Sequence record: PQ631072.1
Source: Escherichia phage EC.P2
Length of the DNA: 64,000 nucleotides
Strand: one strand, 5' to 3'
Shown here: positions 44,972 through 54,628 of the stretch, piece after piece
Numbering within the stretch: position 1 is the stretch's first letter
Layout of the letters: each line of letters starts with the position of its first letter
Program-made: the position numbers and the translations under genes
Notes under the pieces: model-generated
Database searches by the model: none
Seen by the model: only the letters and a program-made list of their open reading frames with translations
Told to the model about the DNA's origin: nothing

Positions 44972-47551
44972 TCAGTGACAAGACGCCCATGAGTTACCAA
45001 CATCGTAACCAGCAGTGAGAGGTACATTAAGATTGTAATACTCACCAGCTTTATTAACAGCGATAGATGCTAATTCTCCAGCACGACTGTAGGCTGTAAA
45101 CCAACCACCTTTCGGAGATTCATGTACGTTAGCCCAAATCTTGCCAGTACGTTTCTCTTCCTCTTCTTTCCAGGCGTTAACTTTATCCAAACATTCTTTA
45201 TCAATTTTCTTTTGTTCTTCTGGATCATCAACTTGAGTCCAACCTAAAGATTCTTTAGAGAACCATTTAAAATGCACGAGATCACGAGTTACTTCAAGCT
45301 GTGCTTCATCGTGATATGCAATCATTTGTTGAACGAATGACTTATTTTTCCAGTCATCAACAAAAAAGTCAACAGCTAATCCTTCTTCTTCGATAAGATC
45401 ATCGTAGATAACCATTGCTCTTTTTGCACAAATAACACCACCACTCTGGAACAGAGAGTTAAGTATTGCGTGTGCAGATCGTGTAGGTACTTTCCTTCCA
45501 TCAATACCAAGAATGTATTTCTTACCTGTTTTAACCCAAAAGTCATGCAGACGTTCTTTAAGAAGCGCAAGAGGTTTTGCAGCTTCCCAGAAAGCATCGT
45601 ATACAAGCTGTCCTGTATACATATCACTACCAATAGTTTTTGCTACTTTTGCAGCTTGAGCACCATAAGTAATACCATACTTAACAGATTTAGCAGGGCT
45701 TCGTTCAAACTTACGACCAATAGTGTCAGAAATACGTCGAGCCATCATTGTATGAACATCATTAGGTTTTTCCAACAATAGAGCATTACAATATTCGTGT
45801 GGTTCCTGCTCGTACCGCCAACAGTAGTGTGATTCTATTTTTGCCTCAAGAGAATCAAAGTCATAACCAATTTGGAAGTATTTTGGAACTTCTACACCAA
45901 ATAAGTTACGCATTTCATATCCGTACAGAGATGTTACACGTGGGATATTTGCTACTAACCTATGTTTCATACGAGACGTAGCTGCATCACACGTTGCAGC
46001 AGGAGTTGGTATACGACCATCAGCCCTTACTGCCGCCAGATAACCTTTATCGTAATCCTCTTCATCTTCTTCCCAATCAGCGCCACCCCCTAGAATAGAG
46101 TTTCTACGATGTTTATACGTAAGATACTGCACAATCTGCGTAGCATAAGGAAACTTTTCACCTAGTGCTTCCAAGTTAGGACAAATATCCTTCTCTTGCC
46201 CTTTTGTAAAGGAAGGGTTAGTAAGCACTTTAACACCACGACCTTTAGCTTTAGCAATACGATCTCTTAGTTTCCATTCCAAAGTTTCTGGTGTGCACTC
46301 CAGATGATCACATCTGTCCTGGCAGAAGTTAGATGCTAATGTTTGATCAACATAGTCACGAATAGCTTTCTCCATTTGTGCTTCATCTTTCTTAATCTTA
46401 GTGCCAGATTTAAGAGTGATATCTTTATCTTTATATTCAGATGGACTCCAACCTAAACCAACTAACCAATTTTTAATATGTGTAGTGTCGTCTAAAGTAG
46501 CAGGTACTGTAGGATCACAAATAGGTTCTTCTGCTGGAATAGGTAGTTTAAACTCTTTACCTAATGCAAATAACCACCAACCATCTTCTTTTTGTACAAG
46601 TTCACCAGAATGTTTCTCTGCAAACTTTATCATGTTACTTGAAGGTTCACCATTCTTTTTAAACTGTAGTTTAGGTGGAATGAATGATTTCAAATAACCT
46701 TTAGTAGCAGGTTTAGGAGGTAGTACAGGTTCTGCCTCTAAACGACATGCTTCCATTCGAGCATCCAGATCACGAATATTATCTTCTGCTTGTTTCATAT
46801 TGAAAGCAAAGCCACGGTGCTCTTGACGTGTAATAATATCAGCTACACGTTGTTCTAAGTTAAATGGTTCAGACCACTTATTATAATCACCCCACTCTTC
46901 CATCAAATAACGGAACACTGCGGTGTTAGCTTTGTTATCGTAAATACAGTAATACAGCATATCTGCTGCAAATGTTCTAAATCTTTCAGTTTCAGGAATG
47001 TTTTTTCTAAAATCAATTTTAACATCCCCTCCAGCTTTCTTAGATAACTCTGCCAGACTATGACCACCGAAGCGATCAGGGTTTAGTGTCTTACTTAAGA
47101 TCATAGTATCACAAATTTCAATGTTACTATTACCCCAAGTATTGTACTTAATACTGTAGTTGAGTTTAAAAAATAATTTAATTGCCAGTAAGTCGAAGTT
47201 AATGATGTTGTGTCCAACTACTTTGGTAATTTTATAGTTTGAATTACCTTTAAATTTACCTGTTCCATTTACAAAATCAGGAAAATCTTTAAGAGGGAAA
47301 TGGGTATATTCTAAATGCTCATATTCCTCCAGTCGGTATTCATACTTTCCGTCAGTCTCAATATACGGACGACCATCGAAAAGATATTTATCACCATCAT
47401 GGAAAGCAATAATCTCTCCAGTATCATGACTTTCACACACAATACAGTGCATTGCAAAACTATCTTTTAAACGATATGGACTTGCCAAGTAATCTACACT
47501 TTCGTCATTAAGCAAGTTGTTACTTTCAATGTCGAAAGTAAAAGCTCCCAT
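44972..47551 (-). CDS. DNA polymerase, family A, with 3'-5' exonuclease domain
   Basis: Exo I motif FDIESNNL at N-terminus; motif B-like K..YGITYG; motif C-like YHDEAQ; AGGAGG RBS. Confidence 0.85.
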   Translation of the reverse strand: MGAFTFDIESNNLLNDESVDYLASPYRLKDSFAMHCIVCESHDTGEIIAFHDGDKYLFDGRPYIETDGKYEYRLEEYEHLEYTHFPLKDFPDFVNGTGKFKGNSNYKITKVVGHNIINFDLLAIKLFFKLNYSIKYNTWGNSNIEICDTMILSKTLNPDRFGGHSLAELSKKAGGDVKIDFRKNIPETERFRTFAADMLYYCIYDNKANTAVFRYLMEEWGDYNKWSEPFNLEQRVADIITRQEHRGFAFNMKQAEDNIRDLDARMEACRLEAEPVLPPKPATKGYLKSFIPPKLQFKKNGEPSSNMIKFAEKHSGELVQKEDGWWLFALGKEFKLPIPAEEPICDPTVPATLDDTTHIKNWLVGLGWSPSEYKDKDITLKSGTKIKKDEAQMEKAIRDYVDQTLASNFCQDRCDHLECTPETLEWKLRDRIAKAKGRGVKVLTNPSFTKGQEKDICPNLEALGEKFPYATQIVQYLTYKHRRNSILGGGADWEEDEEDYDKGYLAAVRADGRIPTPAATCDAATSRMKHRLVANIPRVTSLYGYEMRNLFGVEVPKYFQIGYDFDSLEAKIESHYCWRYEQEPHEYCNALLLEKPNDVHTMMARRISDTIGRKFERSPAKSVKYGITYGAQAAKVAKTIGSDMYTGQLVYDAFWEAAKPLALLKERLHDFWVKTGKKYILGIDGRKVPTRSAHAILNSLFQSGGVICAKRAMVIYDDLIEEEGLAVDFFVDDWKNKSFVQQMIAYHDEAQLEVTRDLVHFKWFSKESLGWTQVDDPEEQKKIDKECLDKVNAWKEEEEKRTGKIWANVHESPKGGWFTAYSRAGELASIAVNKAGEYYNLNVPLTAGYDVGNSWASCH

Positions 47552-47619
47552 TCTCCCTCCTTAAAATATTTCTAAAGTCTTAATTTGTTAATACTGTACC
47601 ATAAATTAATTGTTTTGTA

Positions 47620-47637
47620 AAGGGGCTTTCGCCCCTT
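47620..47637 (-). terminator. hairpin terminator downstream of minus-strand gene
   Basis: Minus-sense AAGGGGC-GAAA-GCCCCTT, identical to plus hairpin at 36754. Confidence 0.45.
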
Positions 47638-47641
47638 CTTG

Positions 47642-48037
47642 TTATTTATTGTCAGCACTTAATTGTACTTTAATAAGGCAATTAGGGACACCATTGGTAT
47701 TTCTCAAGCCTACACGGTCAATTTTAACTGTTCCTGTTAAGCCACTAAAAGTGGAAACAATGTTATTAATGTTTTCATCCTTACTAGCGATATCAAGAAC
47801 AACTTTATCACTAACATTTTTCAACATACGATCTACAAGCTCTCCCACAAAACCACTGGTAGTTTGAATGAGAAGGTATAGGCAACCATCCTCAAACCAC
47901 AAATGTTCGCCATAAGCATAACCGTATGGTTCTAACTCCGATCCATCTTGAAATTTAAACTTGGCAACAGTTTTCGTATAATCATACCCTAACGCAGAAG
48001 GGGATACCCCATAGAGGATATTTTCGTTGTCTTTCAT
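47642..48037 (-). CDS. hypothetical protein (131 aa)
   Basis: Internal ATG at 48037 with AAGGAGAG RBS chosen over the track start, which overlaps the primase gene. Confidence 0.45.
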   Translation of the reverse strand: MKDNENILYGVSPSALGYDYTKTVAKFKFQDGSELEPYGYAYGEHLWFEDGCLYLLIQTTSGFVGELVDRMLKNVSDKVVLDIASKDENINNIVSTFSGLTGTVKIDRVGLRNTNGVPNCLIKVQLSADNK

Positions 48038-48047
48038 ATTTCTCTCC

Positions 48048-49820
48048 TTAATAAGAACCATCAGGAATATTCTCTGGGTTACTTGTGTATTGATCGTAAT
48101 CGTGAAGTGTCGCTGTTTTAATCTCATAGAAGAAACTACCTGCTGCACCAGTCTCTGAGAACTCACGGTTCTTTAGAATGTAGCAATATGTGCGGTTACG
48201 TTCCATAGGATCTTCAGCTTGTTTATCACGCTCCAGCGCAATTGTGATACCAGCACCTTTAGCAAGGAAGCTACTACCCATTGCATCATCTTCTACAATA
48301 TGTTCATTACTATTGTTAGAAGACTTTTTAACGTGTGAAATTACAACAATGGTAATTGCGTACTCTTTCATAATGCGTTTGAGCCACGTCGCAAGTTCCT
48401 CTTGTTGTGACACGTCCATACCAGAAAGCAAGTCAGAATAAGGGTCGATAACAAGAATGGTTACTCCGAAATAAATAATCATTTCCAGAACCTTCTCTTT
48501 AATCACATCTACGTTAGCTCCACGATCATCACAAACATAGAAACGTGGTGTTCCATCTTCTCGTTCGTAAAAATCACGAATCTTTTCTTCATTATCTTTT
48601 AAAATCTTTTCCTTCTCTTCTTTTGTTTTACGGTGAAGAGGGATGTGCAAGAATGAAGACAGTAAGTTACGAGAATACTTCTTATACGTTGCCTCCAAAG
48701 ATAAAATACCAAGAGTATGTTCTGGGTGTGCAAGAATAATGTGCTTTGTAATCTCGTTAACCAACAGTGTTTTACCGATACTTGTTTTTGCAAGTATAAC
48801 AGTAATTTCTTCTTCTACCAAGCCTCCACCTAACATATTAGAAGCAACACGCATGAATGGAGGAAGGGTAATCATTTTAGCTTCCAGGCATTCCAAGGCT
48901 GCTTCATACAGTACGTTAGAAGCATAAACACCAGCAGGTGTGTACAGTTTAGCTTTGAAAAAGCGATCAAGAAAGTGATCAATTTTTCCTTCTACTAGTG
49001 CCTGGTTAGGATCTTTAACATCCGTTAGTTCCATCACGTAAACTTTATTACGTGGTAAGATTTTAACACATTTCTCAACTGCTGCACGTCCAGCTTCATC
49101 ATTATCCATACACAGAACAATCTTTTTAAATTGATCTAAGAATTTATAACGATGTTGAAGCTGCTTATGCAGAGATGTTTCGCCACAAGTACCAGATACT
49201 ACAGCAGGAACAGGATATTTACCGCCCTTGTTATAATCTTTTAGCATCTGTGTTGCAGCCAGCATATCGTGTTCACCACCAACGATTAGAATAGTACCGC
49301 TGTGGTTACGATATTTAAACTCCCCAAAAAGATCACAATCCTTCCCTGTTTCACCAATAGGATGCGAAAAATCTTTTGGATCGATACGTTGTTTATACCC
49401 AGCAATATTGTAATCTTTAGTTGTAGGGTATAGTGTTGAAATTACTTCGCCAGTAGCTTCATCGTACATATAGCGTACACCGAAAGGTTTAGAGATATCT
49501 TCACGAATACCGCGATAACCTTTTGGATTAGTTCCAGTGCTGGCTTTTAGTTTATCATGTACTTCTGGATTAAACTCACTACCCAAGATATCCTCCTCTT
49601 CAATTTCTTCGCCGTGTGCATTTAACCATTTTTGATCAGGGATAGTAAAGCCACAAGAAAAACAATGTGCGCCTCGATGGTCTTCATCGGCATCTAAGCC
49701 ATATACCATCAAATTGTTTTGTGATCGATCACGCCCTCCTTTCATACAACGAGGACACCCAGTATGTCCTTCTTGACTTAGATCAATGTTATACCCATAT
49801 TTATTTACAACATAAGACAC
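48048..49820 (-). CDS. DNA primase-helicase (zinc-finger/TOPRIM primase fused to DnaB-like helicase)
   Basis: N-terminal CPRC...CFSCG zinc ribbon, TOPRIM-like acidic motifs, C-terminal Walker A (KTSIGKT) and Walker B (ILVIDPYSD); GTG start with AGGAG RBS. Confidence 0.8.
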   Translation of the reverse strand: MSYVVNKYGYNIDLSQEGHTGCPRCMKGGRDRSQNNLMVYGLDADEDHRGAHCFSCGFTIPDQKWLNAHGEEIEEEDILGSEFNPEVHDKLKASTGTNPKGYRGIREDISKPFGVRYMYDEATGEVISTLYPTTKDYNIAGYKQRIDPKDFSHPIGETGKDCDLFGEFKYRNHSGTILIVGGEHDMLAATQMLKDYNKGGKYPVPAVVSGTCGETSLHKQLQHRYKFLDQFKKIVLCMDNDEAGRAAVEKCVKILPRNKVYVMELTDVKDPNQALVEGKIDHFLDRFFKAKLYTPAGVYASNVLYEAALECLEAKMITLPPFMRVASNMLGGGLVEEEITVILAKTSIGKTLLVNEITKHIILAHPEHTLGILSLEATYKKYSRNLLSSFLHIPLHRKTKEEKEKILKDNEEKIRDFYEREDGTPRFYVCDDRGANVDVIKEKVLEMIIYFGVTILVIDPYSDLLSGMDVSQQEELATWLKRIMKEYAITIVVISHVKKSSNNSNEHIVEDDAMGSSFLAKGAGITIALERDKQAEDPMERNRTYCYILKNREFSETGAAGSFFYEIKTATLHDYDQYTSNPENIPDGSY

Positions 49821-49832
49821 ATGATTCTCCTA

Positions 49833-50102
49833 CTAAAATGATTCGTTTGTCTCCATAATATATTGCATTTCCAAATCTTCCATATGTTTCTTAAATTGGT
49901 AAACAATTTCCGATGGGGAAATATCTATATCAAAAAGTTCTTTTGTACCAGAATAGAACCTAATACCATCAACAATAAGGCCACCATAATAATCCCAATC
50001 ACTTTCTCGTGAGAAAGGATTAGGTTCTTCATAATAGTAATCTACTTCAACAATAATAGGTTCTTTATTATCTTGTTTATACTCAAAATCAAAAGTGTTC
50101 AT
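49833..50102 (-). CDS. hypothetical protein (89 aa)
   Basis: ORF whose stop overlaps the upstream gene's start codon. Confidence 0.4.
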   Translation of the reverse strand: MNTFDFEYKQDNKEPIIVEVDYYYEEPNPFSRESDWDYYGGLIVDGIRFYSGTKELFDIDISPSEIVYQFKKHMEDLEMQYIMETNESF

Positions 50103-51046
50103 TATAAATCCTCGATAAGCAGTCTGCGGGTTTCATTTAAATCATCAATATTGTAGTTATCTCTTACATACTTAGCAAGAGCTAATCCTTTCTCAATACA
50201 AACATCAGGAGATTCGATTAAGTATTCTACAACATCTTTCCACTCTTTAACTGAATCAGCAAAGAAGATTAGATCTTTAAATTCTTCAGTATAGTAGTTC
50301 TCTCGTGGAGAACAAACGAGTGGCAAACCTTTAGCACCAGCCTCAAGAATTTTTAAATTACTTTTGGCATTATTAAAATGATTATTTACTAATGGAGCTA
50401 TGGAGATTTGATGACCATCGTATGCCTCCATATAACACTCATAAGGACGAATACCTTCATAAACACAATCTGGTTGAATCTCTTCTTTAATTTGCAACCA
50501 TTGAGCACTACTTAACTCTTCGTGATCTCTACGAAATCCACATAACGTTAAATCTTTACCAAAAGTAGGAAGAATTGCTAAATCATGTTTATGTGTTTCA
50601 CTTCCCGCCCAAACCAGTGGGCTTTTAGAATAACGATCTTTAGTAAGAACAAACTGCCCTTCATCAAAAGGTAGTCCGTTAGGCACAATATGTACATTAT
50701 CATTGTATTGGCTTAATTCAACCTTTAATGCTGGAGTTGTTGTAGTTACAAGATCGCTTCTTTCAAGGAACCATTTTAGGTCATCTCGGATTTGATTTTC
50801 AAATAATCCTTCCAACATATGCCCTTCAGGAATAATTAAAGAATCATCCAGATCCATTACCAATTTAAACCCAAGTTGTTTAAGAGCCAGGAAACCTGGC
50901 TTTCCACGAGTTGGTACTCCATTGAACACAAAAATATTATGCTTAGGATTAATGGTCAGTTTGCGTTTATATGGCAAAATGATTCTATGAAAATCACATA
51001 CACTATACCTTTCATGTCCACGTGTGTCAAGAATAATATTAGGCAT
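50102..51046 (-). CDS. glycosyltransferase, GT-B fold (GT4-like), paralog 1
   Basis: Motifs ...VHIVPNGLPFDEGQF... and ...KILEAGAKGLPLVCSP... match the GT4 NGVD and E-x7-E/PVIA signatures; paralogous to 51058 ORF. Confidence 0.55.
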   Translation of the reverse strand: MPNIILDTRGHERYSVCDFHRIILPYKRKLTINPKHNIFVFNGVPTRGKPGFLALKQLGFKLVMDLDDSLIIPEGHMLEGLFENQIRDDLKWFLERSDLVTTTTPALKVELSQYNDNVHIVPNGLPFDEGQFVLTKDRYSKSPLVWAGSETHKHDLAILPTFGKDLTLCGFRRDHEELSSAQWLQIKEEIQPDCVYEGIRPYECYMEAYDGHQISIAPLVNNHFNNAKSNLKILEAGAKGLPLVCSPRENYYTEEFKDLIFFADSVKEWKDVVEYLIESPDVCIEKGLALAKYVRDNYNIDDLNETRRLLIEDL

Positions 51047-51057
51047 ATGGCTCCTTG

Positions 51058-52032
51058 TTAAAGACTTTCAATAACTTGACGACGCAGTTCATTGGCATCT
51101 GCAAGATTATAATTAAGACGAACGTGTTCTGCAAGCATCATACCACGATCTTCTGTGTATCTAGGGTTCCTCATTAGCTTGACAACTTCATAATGCCAAG
51201 ATGCTTTAGAATCTGCATAGATAACAGCCTTTGCATCTACCGGATTGAAGTACGGCAGCACAGGAGAACAGATAATAGGAAGACCCTTTGCACCTGCTTC
51301 CAAAATCTTCAAATTGCTTTTACAGTTGTTGAAGTCATTATCTACCAGAGGAGCAATTGCAATACTGTGACCGTCATACACAGACATATACTCACCTAAA
51401 TTTTTAATAGCTGGTTTATACTGTGCATTTGGAATTTTACGTTTTACTTTAACCCACTCCGCAGTAGTTAGATACTGACTATTATTTCCAACAGGTGCAG
51501 AAGGATACACTTCATACCCTGCAATTGTCAATAGTGTATCATCAAATGTATTAGCTACAAGAGATAAATCAGGTTCATGGCTTGCTCCTCCAGCCCAAAT
51601 AATAGGCGTGTCAGAATAACGGTCTTTTGTCAAAGTAAATTGACCTTCATCGTAAGGTAGTGCGTTTCTAATAACGACAACATTACGATTTAAATGACGA
51701 ATTTTGTAAGCCAGGTATTCTGTTGTTACAGTAACAACATCTGCTAACTTAATCATCTCTACAATAGTCTTTGAGTGATTAGTAAATACGCCAGCCATAT
51801 AATGTTCAGGATTAAGCGAATAAAAGTCATCTAAATCAACAATAATCTTAACACCTTGTGCCTTCAGGCGTTTAACTTCGTCTGATCCACGAGAATACAC
51901 TCTATTAAAAACTAAAACGTCTTTCTTAGGCTTAAACGTATTTCCCGCAAATGGCATTACAATACGATGGTAATCACAACCACTGCCTAACTTATTATCA
52001 CACTTAAGTACAGGGGTATTAGGATTTACCAT
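51058..52032 (-). CDS. glycosyltransferase, GT-B fold (GT4-like), paralog 2
   Basis: ADVVTVTTEYL...VVVIRNALPYDEGQF...KILEAGAKGLPIICSP; start moved to the Met that aligns with the paralog's N-terminus. Confidence 0.55.
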   Translation of the reverse strand: MVNPNTPVLKCDNKLGSGCDYHRIVMPFAGNTFKPKKDVLVFNRVYSRGSDEVKRLKAQGVKIIVDLDDFYSLNPEHYMAGVFTNHSKTIVEMIKLADVVTVTTEYLAYKIRHLNRNVVVIRNALPYDEGQFTLTKDRYSDTPIIWAGGASHEPDLSLVANTFDDTLLTIAGYEVYPSAPVGNNSQYLTTAEWVKVKRKIPNAQYKPAIKNLGEYMSVYDGHSIAIAPLVDNDFNNCKSNLKILEAGAKGLPIICSPVLPYFNPVDAKAVIYADSKASWHYEVVKLMRNPRYTEDRGMMLAEHVRLNYNLADANELRRQVIESL

Positions 52033-52705
52033 ATTTTTGAGCCTCCTCATAAGAGATAAAAGTTTTACCATTGCGAAGATCCTCCAGTGATTGTTTATAT
52101 TGTTCCCAGTTTACACCAATCCCCTGTTCTTTCTCTTCTTTTGACAGATTTGCAAAAGGTAAAGGATTATCTCCAAACACATCGTCAGGATGGATAAACG
52201 CCATAATTCGAATAGGGCATGGTACGCCGTGAATACCTCGGTTCAAACCTGCTAGTGGAACACGCTGAATCCACTCTGCATCTTCATATCCATAACCGTG
52301 GGTGTATGAGCGGAAATAGCCAGCTTTCTCAATAACTGCACGGGAATACATACCAAACTGGCACATACCTAGTTCCCAAATAACCACTTCACCTTCAATA
52401 CCTTTTACTTTATCTTTAAAATATTCAGGCATACCAAAGAAATCCCAGCCATTTTCCTTAGCCTGTTTTACAAAATATGTTTCCCAACCTGGCACAACCG
52501 GATAGCAATCATCATCAAAAATAAACCAGTAATCATACCCTTCATCATAAAACTTTTTCATCAGTTCATTACGGGCATATGCAACACCTTTTCGTTCCCG
52601 ATCATACTGTACAACAAAAGTAGCATTAGGATCAGTCACAAGATAATCTTTAAGAGGACGCTTACCTACAGTAATAACACCAACACCAATTTTTGTATTT
52701 TCCAA
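52019..52705 (-). CDS. glycosyltransferase, GT-A fold (GT2-like)
   Basis: TTG start; DxD-type motif FDDDCY and YGYEDAEW motif. Confidence 0.5.
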   Translation of the reverse strand: MENTKIGVGVITVGKRPLKDYLVTDPNATFVVQYDRERKGVAYARNELMKKFYDEGYDYWFIFDDDCYPVVPGWETYFVKQAKENGWDFFGMPEYFKDKVKGIEGEVVIWELGMCQFGMYSRAVIEKAGYFRSYTHGYGYEDAEWIQRVPLAGLNRGIHGVPCPIRIMAFIHPDDVFGDNPLPFANLSKEEKEQGIGVNWEQYKQSLEDLRNGKTFISYEEAQKYGKS

Positions 52706-52714
52706 AATAACTCC

Positions 52715-53278
52715 TTAAATAATTTTATTCATGTCTTGACAATGTAAAAGGTGTGAAACAGCTTTTCTAGGATCATCACTACCTAAACGGTATGTGTGAA
52801 ATAAATATAGCCCACGTAATAAACCTAGCCTTTTATTGTTAGCGTGTAATGCTTTAGAGAAAATTATATCAAACTGTATTGATCTTTCCTCAAAAGGGAT
52901 TTCATTCCACAGACTCTTACGAAAGAGAAGAAAGAATCCTGCTAAGATAGCATCTGTAGGTACTTCCTCTATTGAGTTTCCCCATTCTAGATGTGCTCTT
53001 TTTGCAATCTCAATGTGGTGTAATATATTTGGATCTTCACTTCTTTCATTATTAAATAATTGATATGTTGATCCCAATCTATTACAAGATGCACCAAGAA
53101 CATCAAAATCAGGATTTGAACGGACTATTGATTCCAACCAAGCAGGTTGTTCTGGAAGAAGAAACATTGTATCAATGTCTCTTAGGCAAATCCAACTATC
53201 TTCTGGTAAGACACTTATTGTGTCATTGATACCTTTTCCAATATCTCCAGAAAGATAGGGAGTTATGTGAAATATCAT
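52715..53278 (-). CDS. glycosyltransferase-like protein (putative)
   Basis: Weak GT-A-like features (DID acidic motif); adjacent to three glycosyltransferases. Confidence 0.3.
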   Translation of the reverse strand: MIFHITPYLSGDIGKGINDTISVLPEDSWICLRDIDTMFLLPEQPAWLESIVRSNPDFDVLGASCNRLGSTYQLFNNERSEDPNILHHIEIAKRAHLEWGNSIEEVPTDAILAGFFLLFRKSLWNEIPFEERSIQFDIIFSKALHANNKRLGLLRGLYLFHTYRLGSDDPRKAVSHLLHCQDMNKII

Positions 53279-53335
53279 ACTCCCTCCGTATTATTACTTT
53301 AGCATTTTTAGACTAAAAAGTCCAAATGGTTTTAC

Positions 53336-53530
53336 CTATTGATTACGTTTTGCGAGTTCCATCTGGATAGCTAAACTGTGATCTCGTGCTTCCATATACT
53401 CTTTATATGTTTCATTAAGATGATCACGACAAACATCACGCAGTTTAATCAGTTTATCTGTAGGGATACCACTAAGATCATCCCAAGATTTTACAACTTC
53501 ACCAGTATCATTGATCCCAATGGTTTTCAT
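53336..53530 (-). CDS. hypothetical small protein
   Basis: 64-aa ORF. Confidence 0.35.
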   Translation of the reverse strand: MKTIGINDTGEVVKSWDDLSGIPTDKLIKLRDVCRDHLNETYKEYMEARDHSLAIQMELAKRNQ

Positions 53531-53738
53531 CTACAACCTCCTTAATTGCTACAGCACAGTTTTTGCAGATACACTGCCCTTTACCTTTAGAAATCTGGAT
53601 GTAAGGTTCATTTTCATTTTCGCCCTTACGTGAGTCATATATTACAGAATTGAAGCACACAACGCAAATATTTTTTAAGATTGTATACTTATCAACTTTC
53701 TTTTTTGTTTTAAAGTTAACTTCAATAACATCAGCCAT
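53508..53738 (-). CDS. small zinc-ribbon protein
   Basis: CVVC...CICKNC four-Cys arrangement; start set at Met overlapping upstream stop (ATGA). Confidence 0.4.
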   Translation of the reverse strand: MADVIEVNFKTKKKVDKYTILKNICVVCFNSVIYDSRKGENENEPYIQISKGKGQCICKNCAVAIKEVVDENHWDQ

Positions 53739-54016
53739 CAGTGTAACACTCCCAGTATGTTGTTTTGTGACATAACCATAGAACATTCAACATTATCGTG
53801 ACTACGTGAAAAACGTTCCCAAACATCTTCATCGACTCGTAAAGCTATACAAGGATAGACGTTATCATTGATCATTTCAATTGAATAAACATCCACATTG
53901 TCTTCGTCTTCGATGAACATCATTGCAAACTGTTCTAAATGTTTCCTAATGTAATGTACATCCTCTTCTGTAAGACCAATAACAAGATAACTTGCAACGA
54001 TAACGCCATCTTTCAT
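53738..54016 (-). CDS. hypothetical protein (92 aa)
   Basis: ORF in track. Confidence 0.4.
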   Translation of the reverse strand: MKDGVIVASYLVIGLTEEDVHYIRKHLEQFAMMFIEDEDNVDVYSIEMINDNVYPCIALRVDEDVWERFSRSHDNVECSMVMSQNNILGVLH

Positions 54017-54026
54017 CTATATCTCC

Positions 54027-54536
54027 TTAGCGATAGAATTGATGTTCTTTGTAGCGGTACACTAGAACCATATCTTTTTCCCAGTGTGCTCTTATTGTAG
54101 ATTTTTTAAAGTATAATGCTCCTTTTGTAATATCTAATGCAATTCGTAATTCTGGAAAATGGTTATCGAGATAAAGTAGACGTTCTGCTATAGCTTTAGC
54201 GTCTTTCCACTTATCGTGTTCCATAACGTTGAATGTCTTCGTGTAAGAGAATTGTCCTTTTTGAAACAAAACTTCTTTTATAGTATCAGGGAAATATGAA
54301 TCTCTCGCCCTATTCAATACTACATTACCAACAGCAGACATACCGCGCTTTCCTTGATTACGACTTTCTGCATAGATTGCACAAGCTAATAGATTTTCTT
54401 TACTATCACGCTTTGTACACTTGTGAACTACTTTAGCAGTTTTTACGTTTGCAGCTTCGGCTTGCGCCACAACAGGTGTAAATGTAAAAGCAGTTAAGGA
54501 TAGTAACGCAATTGCGACAAAGGTTTTTATTGACAA
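54027..54536 (-). CDS. secreted cell-wall hydrolase, SleB/CwlJ (Hydrolase_2) family
   Basis: N-terminal signal peptide (cleavage near AQA/EA); LLACAIYAESRNQ...GNVVLNRA...QFSY matches Hydrolase_2 signature; TTG start with AGGAGG RBS. Confidence 0.7.
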   Translation of the reverse strand: MSIKTFVAIALLSLTAFTFTPVVAQAEAANVKTAKVVHKCTKRDSKENLLACAIYAESRNQGKRGMSAVGNVVLNRARDSYFPDTIKEVLFQKGQFSYTKTFNVMEHDKWKDAKAIAERLLYLDNHFPELRIALDITKGALYFKKSTIRAHWEKDMVLVYRYKEHQFYR

Positions 54537-54598
54537 ACTTGCCTCCTATTTTGTTAAACGAACTTTTATTGTAACACAGAAGAGGCTATTTTGCAAGT

Positions 54599-54620
54599 GG
54601 AGGGGGATAATCCCCCTCTT
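54599..54620 (-). terminator. hairpin terminator
   Basis: GGAGGGGGA-TAA-TCCCCCTC hairpin just downstream of the 54629 ORF stop. Confidence 0.45.
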
Positions 54621-54628
54621 ACACTCTG

